Positions 1 to 11,223 of a DNA stretch of 64,000 nucleotides are shown here, piece after piece (position 1 is the first letter of the stretch; the number at the start of each line of letters is the position of its first letter). The notes under the pieces are model-generated. The model saw only the letters and a program-made list of their open reading frames with translations, was not told where the DNA came from and searched no databases. This stretch comes from an uncultured Elusimicrobia bacterium (GTDB taxonomy: Bacteria > Elusimicrobiota > Elusimicrobia > UBA1565 > UBA9628), in assembly GCA_965283875.1 (NCBI GenBank), contig CBDIQC010000001.1, forward strand, positions 810,085-874,084, read 5' to 3'. The translations under genes and the position numbers were made by a program.

Positions 1-16
1 TCTTGATGCTGAGCAT
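1..16 (-). CDS. sufC: Fe-S cluster assembly ATPase SufC, first codons only (runs off the window)
   Basis: ATG at 16 on the minus strand, 10 nt after the sufB stop, reads MLSIK, a typical SufC N-terminus. Only 5 codons are visible. Confidence 0.35.
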
Positions 17-26
17 GTTGTTCCCT

Positions 27-1468
<1,442 letters not shown>

Positions 1469-1504
1469 GGTTCCTTAAATAGAGCGCTTTCGTCCGACAG
1501 CCAC

Positions 1505-1533
1505 AGTATATCATTCCTGACAAATTCAGTCAA
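1505..1533 (-). promoter_or_regulatory. Sigma70-like promoter upstream of sufB (TTGACT - 17 nt - TATACT)
   Basis: Minus strand reads cTTGACTgaatttgtcaggaatgaTATACTgtgg, about 37 nt upstream of the sufB ATG, followed by an aagga RBS. A TGAC-n7-GTCA palindrome overlaps the -35 element. Confidence 0.45.
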
Positions 1534-1566
1534 GAATGCGGCTTGACCGCCCCCCGGGCAAGCGTT

Positions 1567-2607
1567 ATGCTCTCGGCCATGCCGAGCCCGAACGCGAGGC
1601 GTTGGGCGTACGCCGCGGCCGCCTTCGTCGCGCTGCTGGCGACCGCGGAAGCCGTCGCCCGGCTGCGCCGCTCCGATTTCGGCCCCGTGCCGCGGCGCTG
1701 GCACGAGCGCCTGCCCCAGCCCTACACCATGTTCGGGCGCTGCGTGTCGCCCCCGGACGCCGGCCCCAAGCCGGCCGGCGAGTTCCGCATCGTGATGCTC
1801 GGCGGCTCGACCGTGGCCCTGGGCGAGCCCCCGGTGCCCGTCCTGCTCGAGTCGGCCCTGCGCCGCCGCGGCTACGGCCGCGCCCGGGTCTATAACTGCG
1901 GCGTCGTGTCGCAGAACACGAGCCAGCAGCTCGCCCGGCTGGTGTTCGAGGTCGCGGACTTCGCCCCCGACCTGGTCGTCGCCTACGACGGCGGCAACGA
2001 CGTCATGGACCCCTACGAATACGACCCGCGGCCGGGCTACCCGATGAACTTCCTCGCCTACGAGCGCAACCCGCTGTTCGTGCGCGACCCGGCCCATTAC
2101 CCGCTGCTGCCCCTGCTCCTGCTCGGCAGCCAGGCCTTGCGCGACCTGTTCCCCCGTTATTTCGCCGAGACCCTCGTGCGCCTGCCGCAGGCGCGCCGCG
2201 CCGCCGGCCACCTGAGCCCCGTCTGGCGCGAGGCCATCGCGCGCCGCTACGTCGAGAACCACCGTAAGGCGTCCCTCGTGGCGGGCGCCTTCGGCGCGGG
2301 CTACGCGGCTTTTTTCCAGCCCCTGTCGTTCTATCGCGAGGGCCGCGACGCCGTCGAGGGGCTGCGCTACGACGACGCGATGCGCGAACACGCCGTGGCG
2401 ACGCGCGCCGCGCTGCGCCGGGAGTTCGACGCCCTGCCCAAGACGGGCGGGCCGCGCCTCTTCGACCTCAGCGGCCTGTTCGCGGACCCGGCCGTACCGG
2501 TATATACCGATTTCATCCACACGCGCCAGGACGCGAAGGCCGTCGTCGCGGAAGCCATCGCGCAGCGGCTGTCGCTGACGCCGCTTCTCGGTCGCGCGCG
2601 CCGCTAA
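1567..2607 (+). CDS. SGNH/GDSL-type hydrolase family protein (putative)
   Basis: ORF 1543..2607, first ATG at 1567. N-terminal hydrophobic segment, then FRIVMLGGSTV and YDGGNDV motifs resembling SGNH blocks I and III. Confidence 0.6.
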   Translation: MLSAMPSPNARRWAYAAAAFVALLATAEAVARLRRSDFGPVPRRWHERLPQPYTMFGRCVSPPDAGPKPAGEFRIVMLGGSTVALGEPPVPVLLESALRRRGYGRARVYNCGVVSQNTSQQLARLVFEVADFAPDLVVAYDGGNDVMDPYEYDPRPGYPMNFLAYERNPLFVRDPAHYPLLPLLLLGSQALRDLFPRYFAETLVRLPQARRAAGHLSPVWREAIARRYVENHRKASLVAGAFGAGYAAFFQPLSFYREGRDAVEGLRYDDAMREHAVATRAALRREFDALPKTGGPRLFDLSGLFADPAVPVYTDFIHTRQDAKAVVAEAIAQRLSLTPLLGRARR

Positions 2608-4907
2608 TACGGCGGGGCGAGGTCCCAGCCCCGCGCCGGGGCGCACACGGTCGGATGAGACCAGGTCACCGTCGCTTCCTCGCCGCCGAGGCGACGCACG
2701 CTCAACGTGACCTTCCCGTCGGCTTCGACGCGGCGCACGGTCCAGTCCGCGCGGACATCCCCGGGCGCGGCGTGGCGGAACCATTTGCGCTCCAGGGCGC
2801 GCAGCATCGGAGACACCCGCTGGGACTGGTGGAATCCCTCGAAGGCGATGCTCTGCCCGTTGCGCAGCTCGGGCGCCAGTTTCTCATGGAAGAACCGCGC
2901 CGTCATACTCGTCTCCTTGCTCATCACCATCCCGTCGAAGGGAGGCAGCCCCGGGTCCTGCTGGCGGATATAAATCGCCTGCCCCGCGAACAGCGAGCCC
3001 ATCACCGCGAGGCAGGCGAGGAGCCCCGCGCGGCGGTCCAGGCGCGACGCCGCGCGCGCCAACGCGCTCGCCGCGACGCCGAAACAAAGGGCCAACGCGC
3101 CGCATGACAACGTCACGCGGTGGGCCCAGCCCCAGCTGAGGAAGCCGTGGATGAACAGGTACGGGACGATGCCCAGGACGAAACCGGCCGCGCCCAAGGC
3201 GACCAGGCCGGCCGCGCGTCGCGGGGACGGCGCCCGCGGCGCGGCGCGCACGAGCGACCACGCCGCCCAGCCCAATACCGCGCAGAACGCGGCTACCGCC
3301 AGCGCCCACGCCGCGGCTTCGGCGCGGCCATCGGCTCCCGGCGCCCACAGGCAGGGAAACGCGCCGCCCGCCGGGCGTCCGCGCAACGGGAGCACGAGCA
3401 GTTCCCAAGCCGCCCGATAGAAGTCGAGCAACCCTTGCGCGCCGGGCCAGCGCCAGGCGTAGTTGAGCCCCGGATTCGACGGGTCGCCCGGCAACAGGAA
3501 GAACCTCGCGCCGAGATAGGCCGCCGTCCAAGCCCCGTATAATCCCGCGCGCGCCGGCAGGCCCGACCGCGGTCCGACCAGCAGGGCCTGGGACAAAAGC
3601 GCGAACGCCGGGAACATGACGGCGCTGTCCTTGAAGAACACCGCGGCGGTCAGCAACGCCAGCGTCGTGCGCAGGCTTTCGCCGGGACGCAGGCTCACCC
3701 GCAGGAGCGTCCAGAAGAGGAGGTCCGAGACCGACTGCCCGACGTTGACGACGTTCCAGAGCGTGTCCCAGTGGATCCAGGACAACGCGTAAAACCCCGC
3801 CGCGAAATACGCCGTCCCTTCGTCCTCGGACGCGTCCCGCGCGAAGCGGAAAACGGCCACGGCCGCGGCGACGTGCAGGGCGAGCATGAACGCGCGCATG
3901 ACAAACGGGCTGTCGTCCGCGATGAAATGCCAGAGGAAAAACAGCGGGATGTTCAGCGGCCGGAAGTAGAACGGCAACGTGCAGCGCCGCACCATCAACT
4001 CGACGGCCTGCCACGTGCGCGACCAGGCGCCCCACTCCATGACCTCGGCCAGCATCTTGTTGATGCCGAGGATGTCGATATCGTCGAGGATGAGGGGCTG
4101 GTTGAGCGCGGGCCAGAGCAGGAACGTCGTGGCCAGCGCGAGCGCCGCCAAGGCGGCCCACCGGCCGCGCTCGGGCACGCCGAGCTCGAAGGCCAGGCGC
4201 AGCAGCCCGCGAGGTTGCGGCAGGCGATGGCCGGCACCCGCGCCGGCGTGAACACGCGCGTGGCGCCGCTCGCGCGCGGCCGGTGATGGATGGCCGTCTC
4301 GCGCAAACGCGCCCCGGCGGCGGCGGCGCGCGCCGCGTACTCCCACCAGAAGCCGTGCGGCAGGCGGCCGAAGGGGCCGGCCAGCAAGCGGTCGAGCAGG
4401 CCGCGCCGGACCGCGACGAACGGGCAGGACGGGTCGCGCAGCGGCGCCCCGAACAACGCGCGATGGACGAGGCCGAAGGCGCCCGACATCAGGCGCCTCG
4501 CCCACGGGTCGGCGCGCGGGCGGCGCACGCCCACGGCCAGGTCCGCGCCCTCCACGGCCGCGAGCAGGCGCGAGAGGTCGGCGGGGTCGCATTGCCCGTC
4601 GGAGTCGGCCACGACGACCACCTCGCCGCGCGAGGCGCGCAGGCCGTCGAGCACGGCCCGGGGGTAGCCTTTGCGCTCCGCGGAGCGCACGAGCAGGAGC
4701 GGCAGCTCGTTTTTGAGCGCCTCGAGCGCCGCGACGGTGCCGTCGGTCGAGCCCGTCCTCGCAGACCACGAAGCGCAGCGCGCGACCCTCCTCGACGGCC
4801 GCGCGCCGGTGGAACTCGCGCAAGGTGCCGGCGATGGTGCCGCCTTCGTTGTGGACGGGGAAGACGACGTCTATCGTCTCGGCCATGGAGGCGCCGTAAA
4901 TTATCAT
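2604..4907 (-). CDS. Family 2 glycosyltransferase (dolichyl-phosphate-sugar synthase-like) fused to a large multi-pass membrane domain; two compensating frameshifts
   Basis: N-terminus MAETIDVVFPVHNEGGTIAGTL..VVCEDG|STDGT. The middle part lies in ORF 3995..4690 (RSAERKGYPRAVLDGL..VVVVADSDGQCDP). The C-terminal ~520 aa hydrophobic domain lies in the frame of ORF 2604..5390. Frame switches at ~4750-4754 and ~4204-4209. Confidence 0.75.
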   Translation of the reverse strand: MIIYGASMAETIDVVFPVHNEGGTIAGTLREFHRRAAVEEGRALRFVVCEDGLDRRHRRGARGAQKRAAAPARALRGAQRLPPGRARRPARLARRGGRRGRLRRAMRPRRPLAPARGRGGRGPGRGRAPPARRPVGEAPDVGRLRPRPSRVVRGAAARPVLPVRRGPARPARPLAGRPLRPPAARLLVGVRGARRRRRGAFARDGHPSPAARERRHARVHAGAGAGHRLPQPRGLLRLAFELGVPERGRWAALAALALATTFLLWPALNQPLILDDIDILGINKMLAEVMEWGAWSRTWQAVELMVRRCTLPFYFRPLNIPLFFLWHFIADDSPFVMRAFMLALHVAAAVAVFRFARDASEDEGTAYFAAGFYALSWIHWDTLWNVVNVGQSVSDLLFWTLLRVSLRPGESLRTTLALLTAAVFFKDSAVMFPAFALLSQALLVGPRSGLPARAGLYGAWTAAYLGARFFLLPGDPSNPGLNYAWRWPGAQGLLDFYRAAWELLVLPLRGRPAGGAFPCLWAPGADGRAEAAAWALAVAAFCAVLGWAAWSLVRAAPRAPSPRRAAGLVALGAAGFVLGIVPYLFIHGFLSWGWAHRVTLSCGALALCFGVAASALARAASRLDRRAGLLACLAVMGSLFAGQAIYIRQQDPGLPPFDGMVMSKETSMTARFFHEKLAPELRNGQSIAFEGFHQSQRVSPMLRALERKWFRHAAPGDVRADWTVRRVEADGKVTLSVRRLGGEEATVTWSHPTVCAPARGWDLAPPY

Positions 4908-4936
4908 TTTGGGCCCCGGGCGGCGCGTATGGTAAC

Positions 4937-5793
4937 ATGGCGACGCGCATGAACGTCTTCTGCCGGGGCTGCCGCACGGGAAATCGACCTCAACGCCAGC
5001 AACTGCCCCATCTGCCTGCGCCCCCGGGACCGCTCCGAGATGCTCGAGGACGCCCGCCGGATGCGCGAGGCCGACGCGGCGGCGCGCAAGCGCCCCTGGC
5101 TGCTCCTCGGCGGGGCGCTCGCCCTGGCCGCGGGCGGCTACGCGGCGTGGACGTTCCGCGCGCCGGTGCTCGGCGCCCTCGGGGCGGAACAGCTCGACGG
5201 GCGGCGAACCCTTGGCGATCGTTTCGGCGTAGCGCGGTCGGCGTCTACGGCGCCTACGCGAACTGCTGATCAACGGCCTGCTCAAGCGCGGCGCCCGGCG
5301 CGAGCGCATGGAGGCCAAGATCTTCGGCGGCGGCAAGCTGTTCGACGGTCTTTCCGACGTGGGCGCCGGCAACCCGCCTCCCCCCCGCACGACTGGACCT
5401 TGCGGAGCCCGCCAACCAGGTCCCGGAGTACGCCATCCTCGTGCGCGGCTGGGTCTATGACCTGGTCACGGCCCGCCCCGTCCCCAACGCGACCTTCTCC
5501 TTCCAGGACCGCCTCAGCGGCGGACGCGTCCCGGTCTCGGCCGGCCCCAACGGCTACTACGAATCCATCGTATCTAAGGAAAACTCCGGGCTGGCCCCCG
5601 TGGCCTCCGTCGCCGGCTACCGCCGCGAGCCGCTCGAGAGAACGACCCGCCGTGGCACGACCGCAAGGCGGCGGCGCGCAAGGCCGCGGCCGCGCGCGAG
5701 CCCGGCGAGATGCTCCTCACCTTCACCTCTCGACAAGACGAAGCCGTCGTCAACATCGTCCTCATCCCCACGAAGCCCCCGGAGAACCGATGA
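4937..5793 (+). pseudogene. Mosaic, multiply frameshifted gene: zinc-ribbon + TM helix N-terminus and carboxypeptidase-regulatory-like C-terminal part
   Basis: MATRMNVFCRGCRT|EIDLNASNCPICLRPRDRSEMLEDARRMRE..WLLLGGALALAAGGYAAW (frame change ~4978-4980). Later ..[57 protein letters not shown]|ENDPPWHDRK..IPTKPPENR* (frame change ~5639). The stop TGA at 5791-5793 overlaps the next ATG. Confidence 0.5.
5243..5393 (+). pseudogene. CheD-like (chemoreceptor glutamine deamidase) internal fragment, about 50 codons, embedded in the mosaic gene
   Basis: Reads VYGAYA / [38 protein letters not shown]. This resembles the CheD core as I recall it from Thermotoga maritima (KYADTAV..L..MGAK.ERLEAKIAGGASMF....MNIGARN). 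There is no CheD N- or C-terminus and no other che gene in the window. Confidence 0.45.
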
Positions 5794-8707
5794 CCCGCGT
5801 GATCCTCGCCCTCGCCCTGAACCTCGTCTTGCTCCCGCCCGCGCTCGCGGCAAGGCGCCGAAGATGACGCCGCTGGCCCCCACGGTCCCCTCCGTGCTCG
5901 AGACGCCGCGCCCCGACGACGCGCTCGGCGTCACCATCCACCGGCTGCCCAACGGGCTCACCGTGTACCTCAGCCCCAACAAGGGCCTGCCGCGCGTCAC
6001 GGCCTGGATCTCGGTGCGCGCCGGCTCCAAACACGACCCGGCCGACAGCACGGGCATGGCGCATTACCTCGAGCACATGCTCTTCAAGGGCACCGACCGC
6101 CTGGGCACGCTCGACCACGCCAAGGAGCGCGTCCACCTGGAGCGCATCCGCGCCTTGTACGAGAAGCTGTTCAAGACCAAGGCCGAGGACGCCCGCAAGA
6201 AGGTTTATGCCGAGATCGACGCGGAGAACGTGAAGGCCGGCGCCTACGCCGTGCCCAACGAGATCGACAAGTTCTACCGCACCATCGGCGGCCGCGGCCT
6301 CAACGCCTTCACCTCCGACGAGCGCACCACCTACATCGTGGACCTGCCCTCCAACCGCCTCGAGGACTGGGCCATCGTCGAATCCGAGCGTTTCGCCGCG
6401 CCCGTGTTCCGGATGTTCCAGAGCGAGATCGAGGCCGTTTATGAGGAGAAGAACCGCGCGCTCGACAACGCGGAGTGGATCCTCAGCGAGGAGGTCGAGG
6501 CGCGGCTGTTCAAGGTCCACCCGTACGGCCAGCAGCCCACCATCGGCACCATCGAGCACCTGAAGAACCCCTCGCTCGAGAAGATGTACGCCTTCTACGA
6601 CCGCTGGTACGTGCCCAACAACATGGCCATCGCGCTGGCCGGCGACTTCGACCGCAAGGCCGCGCTCGAGCTCATCCGCAAGCGTTTCGGCGCCTGGCAG
6701 CCCAAGGAGCTCGAGCCCCTGCCCGACTGGGCGCTGCCCAAGCCCAAAGGCGTGGAGCGCTACGAGGTCAAATACGAGGCCGAGGAGAAGGTGGTCGTCG
6801 CCTGGCCCACGGTGGCGCACGCCCACGCGGACGCCGACGCGCTCTCCATGATGGACATGGTCATGGACAACTCGGCGGCGGGCCTCTTCAACCTGCGCCT
6901 CAACCAGGCGCTGAAGGTGAAAGGCTCCGGCTCCTACCCCTCGATGCGCAACGACGCGGGCGCCTGGTACGCCTGGGCTACGCCCAAGCAGGGCCAGACG
7001 CTCGAGCAGGCCGAGGCGCTGCTGCTGGAGACCGTCGAGGCCCTTAAAAACGGCGAGTTCTCCGAGGAGGACCTCGCCGCCATCATCACGAACTGGGAAT
7101 CCGGCGAGAAGGCCGGCCAGGAGACCAACGAATCGCGCGCCGGGCTGATGGCCGCCAACTTCGTCAGCCTCGAGCCCTGGGAGCGGACCGTCGGCCGCCT
7201 CGAGCGCATGCGCAAGGTGACCAAGGCCGACGTCGTGCGCGTGGCCAAGCTCTACCTCGGCGGCGACCGCATCGTCGTGTCGCGCCGGGCGGCCAAACCC
7301 GTCGTCCCCACGATGACCAAGCCCTCGTTCACCAAGCTGCCCATCGACCCGTCGCGCGAGTCCGAGCGCCTCAAGGCCCTGCTCGCGCGTTCGCCCGCGC
7401 CCATCGAGCCGCGCTGGCTCGTCTCCGGGCAGGACTACGACATCACGCCCATCGAGGGCGGCCGCCTCTACACCGCGAAGAACCCCTACAACGACCTGTT
7501 CGCCCTGTCGTTGCGCTTCGACCGCGGCTCGCGCGCGTCGCGCAAGCTGTGCTGGGCGCTCGACCTGCTCGACCTGGCCGGCGCCGGCCCGTATAAAGCC
7601 GAGGAGTTCAAGAAGAAGCTCTACGCGCTGGGCACGAGCATCAGCTACTACTGCGGCGAGGACGCCTCGGGCGTGAACATGACCGGGCTCGACCGCAACC
7701 TGTGGCCCTCGCTCGAGCTGCTGCAGCAGCGCTTCGACTGGCCCAACGTCGAGGCCGACGCGCTCGAGAAGCTCAAGGGCGTGGCGCAGGGCGCGCGCGA
7801 GGACGAGAAGAAGGACCCGGGCTCCGTGCATTACGCCCTCGGCCAGCTCGCCCAGCGCGGGCGCGAGAGCGAGGTGCTCTCCCGCCTCAGCGACGCCGAG
7901 CTCAAGGCCCTCAACGAAGGCGAGCTCAAGAGCCTCATCCGCGACTTCCCGAACTACGTCCGGCGCGCCGGCTACGTCGGCAACCGCCCGCCCCGCGAGG
8001 TCGCCAAGCTGCTCGGCACAGGCCGCCGCCACCGCGACGTCGGCGCGCGCGTGCCGCTGCGCCTGCTCAAGCCGGCCAAGCCGCGCGTGTTGTTCACGCA
8101 CCGCGACATGGTGCAGGCCCAGGTCGGCCTGTTCGCCGCCGACGGCGCCTACGACCCCGAGAAGGTCGTGGACTACCAGTTCTTGTCCAACTACCTCGGC
8201 GGCGGGATGAGCTCGCTGATCTTCCAGGAGGTGCGCGAGTCGCGCGCGCTCGCCTACTCCGCCGGCGGCGGGCACACCGTGACCGCCGACAAAGGCGACG
8301 ACACGCAGCTGTGGGGCAGCGTCGGCTGCCAGGCCGACAAGACCCCGGAGGCCGTCGAGCTCATGATGGAGCTGATGCGCCGCCCGCCCATCGCGGCGAA
8401 ACGTTTCCGTGAGACGGCCAAGGCCATCGAGGAAGGCTACCGCACCAACCCGGTCTCCTTCCGCAACATTCCCTACGCGGTGATGGACTGGGAGGACCAG
8501 GGGCTGTCCGGCGGCGACCCGCGCCCGGCGCGTTACCAGCGCGCGCTCGCCTACGCGCCCGAGACGCTGGAGGCGTTCGCCGCCCGGCTCAAGGACGCCC
8601 CGCTCACCATCTGGATCCTCGGGCACCAGGAGCGCGTGAACCTGGACAAGCTCAAGACGCTGGGCGAGTTCGAGGCCAAGGGCCTCGACGCCGTCTTCCC
8701 GTACTGA
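5790..8707 (+). CDS. M16 family (pitrilysin/insulinase-like) zinc peptidase, two-domain long form; frameshift in the signal peptide
   Basis: HYLEH (HxxEH) zinc motif, plus GLPRVTAWISVRAGSKHDPADSTGMAHYLEHMLFKGT. Signal peptide MTRVILALALNLVLLPPALAA is in another frame and joins at ~5850-5852 to KAPKMTPLAP. If the signal peptide is not real, the start is ATG 5864. Confidence 0.85.
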
Positions 8708-9457
8708 TTACTTCGCGGGAGCGGTCGTGACGGCCTGACGCAGCTTCTGGCGCATCTCCGCCTTCTGCTCGGGCGTGAGGTTGGACGCCTCGATGTTGCG
8801 TTCGGCCTCGGTCATCTGTTTGTCGGCGTGGCTCGAGAGCTCCGCGAGGCGCGAGCCCCCCGCGACCTGCCGTCCGGTGAAGTTGTACACCGGCCCGGCG
8901 GCTTTGCCCATCAGCTCGTTGCGGCTGGTCACGCCGTAATGCACGGCCGAGGCGATGGATCCGCGGGCCTGCGTCTTGTCGAGCGCGATGCGCGGCACCG
9001 CCTTGAAGGCGGGGGCGGCGGCCTCCTTCGGCTCGGGGGCGGCGGCCTTCGCGACCTCGGCCCGGGCGGAGGTGACGGACTCGCCTTTGCCCGCGAAACG
9101 CGGGTCGCCCATCGCGCCGAGCGCGGGGGCGGCGGACGCGGGAGCGGCGGCAGAGACGGAGGCGCCGGACGCGGCGTGCGTCGCCGCCGCGCCCGCGTCG
9201 CCGTGGCCGGGCACGACGTCGGCGACGGAGCCCACGAGGGGCGCGGGCGAAGACGACGGGCGCTCGCGCGACAACGCCTGGCGCGCGATGACGGGTTCGG
9301 GCGCGGATACGGCGGGAGCGGGGGCCGACGCGCGGCTGAGCACGGACCCGCGGCCGGAGTCGTGCGTGAGCACGAGGCCCGCGACGCCCACGACGGCGAT
9401 GAAGCCCATCACCCCGGCGCCGATCACCTGCATATTGCCCTTGGACTGGTCGCTCAT
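8708..9457 (-). CDS. Hypothetical membrane-anchored protein (Ala/Pro-rich linker)
   Basis: ORF with one N-terminal TM helix (VIGAGVMGFIAVVGVAGLVL) and a non-shadow-like C-terminal part. No recognisable family. Confidence 0.55.
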   Translation of the reverse strand: MSDQSKGNMQVIGAGVMGFIAVVGVAGLVLTHDSGRGSVLSRASAPAPAVSAPEPVIARQALSRERPSSSPAPLVGSVADVVPGHGDAGAAATHAASGASVSAAAPASAAPALGAMGDPRFAGKGESVTSARAEVAKAAAPEPKEAAAPAFKAVPRIALDKTQARGSIASAVHYGVTSRNELMGKAAGPVYNFTGRQVAGGSRLAELSSHADKQMTEAERNIEASNLTPEQKAEMRQKLRQAVTTAPAK

Positions 9458-9556
9458 GGCACGCTCCCTGCGTCTTCCCCAGTGTAAACCCGGGACGCCC
9501 GGGACGCAAGAGGGAAAACCGCGCTTTATCCGATTTTTACCTTCTTTACCGGCCTT

Positions 9557-10609
9557 TTACGCGGCCGGGGTCACGGGCGCGGCGCAGTCCTTGGCCATCT
9601 CGGCCAGGAGCGCGTCGCCCGGGAAACGCGCCAGGCCCGTGGCGGCGAGCTCGGCGGCCTCTTCGCGGCGGCCCAGGGCCAGCAAGGCCCGCACGCCGCT
9701 GACGTGGAAGCCGCGCTCGGCCGGGTAACGGGCCGCGCCCTCGCGGCACACCTGGGCGCAGTCCTCCATGCGGCCCGAACGCCCGTACACCGACGCCAGC
9801 GCCAGCCAAGCGAAGCTCTGGCGGCCGCGCTGCTCGAGCCACTCGCACAAGGCCTCGGCCTCGCCGTACATCTCGAAGGAGATGAGCGAGGCCACGACCG
9901 ACTCCATGTGGCCCTCAGCGCCGAGCCGTTTGAGGCGCGCCAGGATCTGCAGGAAGTGGCGGCACGGCGTCCACGCGTGGCGGCCCTCGGACAGCGGCAG
10001 GCGCACGAGCCGGCGCATGTCCTCGGGCGCGAAGCGGCCGGCCTCGGGCATGAACAGGAGCACGGGTTTCTCCTCGCCGGCCCACGGCGCGAGGCGGCCG
10101 AAAGACAGCTTCACGCCCGCCGGGATGACGAGGCGGTCGAGCGGCAGCTCGTAACGCGCGGCGACGTCGCCCGCGGCGCGTCCCTCGGCCAAGGCGCGGA
10201 CCTCGGGCCAGGGCACGGTCACCGACGTCTGCGGGTCGAGGAACAGCCGCACGCCGGCGAAGCGGTGCACGCTGCGCAGCAGCGAGAACACCTGGCCGGG
10301 CATGTGCCCCATCCAGAGGAACTCCTTGCCGCGCGGCGCCTTCAGGCCGCGCGCGCCGACGAAGTCGCGCACGCGGTCGCGCGCGGGGAACAGCGGCACC
10401 CAGATGCCGCCGAGCTCGACGTCTTTGTCGGCCCACACCGGGAAGGAGGAATCGGGCTTGGTCACGCGGCGCACCTCGCCGTCGGCCAGCGGCTGGTCGA
10501 GCGTGAGCAGGTAGGTCTCCGAGCGCAGCAGCTCCTTATAAAGGGCGGCGCGGGAGGCCAGTGGGCTGAGCGCCGCTCGCTTTATCAGGTGCTCCAGGTT
10601 CTCGACCAT
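9557..10609 (-). CDS. Hypothetical protein with C-terminal TPR-like repeats
   Basis: 350-aa ORF with normal amino-acid composition. The C-terminus (AWLALASVYGRSGRMEDCAQVCREGAARYP..ALLALGRREEAAELAATGLARFPGD) is TPR-like. Confidence 0.6.
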   Translation of the reverse strand: MVENLEHLIKRAALSPLASRAALYKELLRSETYLLTLDQPLADGEVRRVTKPDSSFPVWADKDVELGGIWVPLFPARDRVRDFVGARGLKAPRGKEFLWMGHMPGQVFSLLRSVHRFAGVRLFLDPQTSVTVPWPEVRALAEGRAAGDVAARYELPLDRLVIPAGVKLSFGRLAPWAGEEKPVLLFMPEAGRFAPEDMRRLVRLPLSEGRHAWTPCRHFLQILARLKRLGAEGHMESVVASLISFEMYGEAEALCEWLEQRGRQSFAWLALASVYGRSGRMEDCAQVCREGAARYPAERGFHVSGVRALLALGRREEAAELAATGLARFPGDALLAEMAKDCAAPVTPAA

Positions 10610-10687
10610 GGTCCCAGGTTAGCCCCGTCCCCGCGCGCGTCAAGGCCCAAAATCGCGGGCGGGCGCGACGTTTGCTAGAATCGGTTC

Positions 10688-11221
10688 ATGCTCGTCTCCC
10701 CCGGCATCCGCAAGGTCACCCAGATCGGCCATCCCGTCCTGCGCAAGGTGCTGCGCCGCCTCAAGCCCGACGAGGTCCGCAGCGTCGAGATCCAGCGCCT
10801 CGTCGAGACCATGGCGCACACCATGGACGAATACGACGGCGTCGGCATCGCCGGCAACCAGGTCGGCGAGGACCTCTCGGTGTTCGTCATGGGCCTGCCC
10901 AAAGGCGTCAAGCGCCACCCCGAGGGCATCGAGCTGACCGTGGTGTTCAACCCCGAGATCCGCTTCATCGGCTCCGCCATGGAGGAGGACTGGGAGGGCT
11001 GCCTGTCGGTGCCCGACCTGCGCGGCATGGTCAAGCGCCACGCCAAACTCGAGCTGTCCGGCCTCGGCCTCGACGGCAAACCCTTCAAGAAGATCTACGA
11101 GGGTTTCCCCGCCCGCGTCGTGCAGCACGAGACCGACCACCTCAACGGCCTCGTCTATCTCGACCGCATGGACGGCCTTAAGACCCTCTCGTACATGAGC
11201 GAGCTGGGCCGGCACGGCTGA
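10688..11221 (+). CDS. def: Peptide deformylase
   Basis: All three Def motifs are present: GIAGNQVG, EGCLSVP, HETDHLNG. Confidence 0.93.
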   Translation: MLVSPGIRKVTQIGHPVLRKVLRRLKPDEVRSVEIQRLVETMAHTMDEYDGVGIAGNQVGEDLSVFVMGLPKGVKRHPEGIELTVVFNPEIRFIGSAMEEDWEGCLSVPDLRGMVKRHAKLELSGLGLDGKPFKKIYEGFPARVVQHETDHLNGLVYLDRMDGLKTLSYMSELGRHG

Positions 11222-11223
11222 CC

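Noticed and set aside
4908-5390. N-terminal 160 aa of the 928-aa minus-strand ORF ([16 protein letters not shown]...).
   Set aside because: The GT2 domain starts at MAETIDVVFPVHNEGG (about 4886-4907). The upstream extension is Arg/Pro-rich noise and lies opposite the better-supported plus-strand zinc-ribbon gene.
5762-8626. Very long antisense ORFs in the track: 954 aa here, and also 1306..2784, 13791..16208, 20384..22483, 41944..43632, 47665..49416, 49971..51563 and 53431..56136.
   Set aside because: Each lies opposite a gene with unmistakable homology (M16, TerC, PmbA, GlmS, FtsH, kinases). Their translations are Arg/Gly/Ala/Pro/His-rich low-complexity strings with no motifs. They are typical shadow ORFs, open only because stop codons are rare at ~70% GC.
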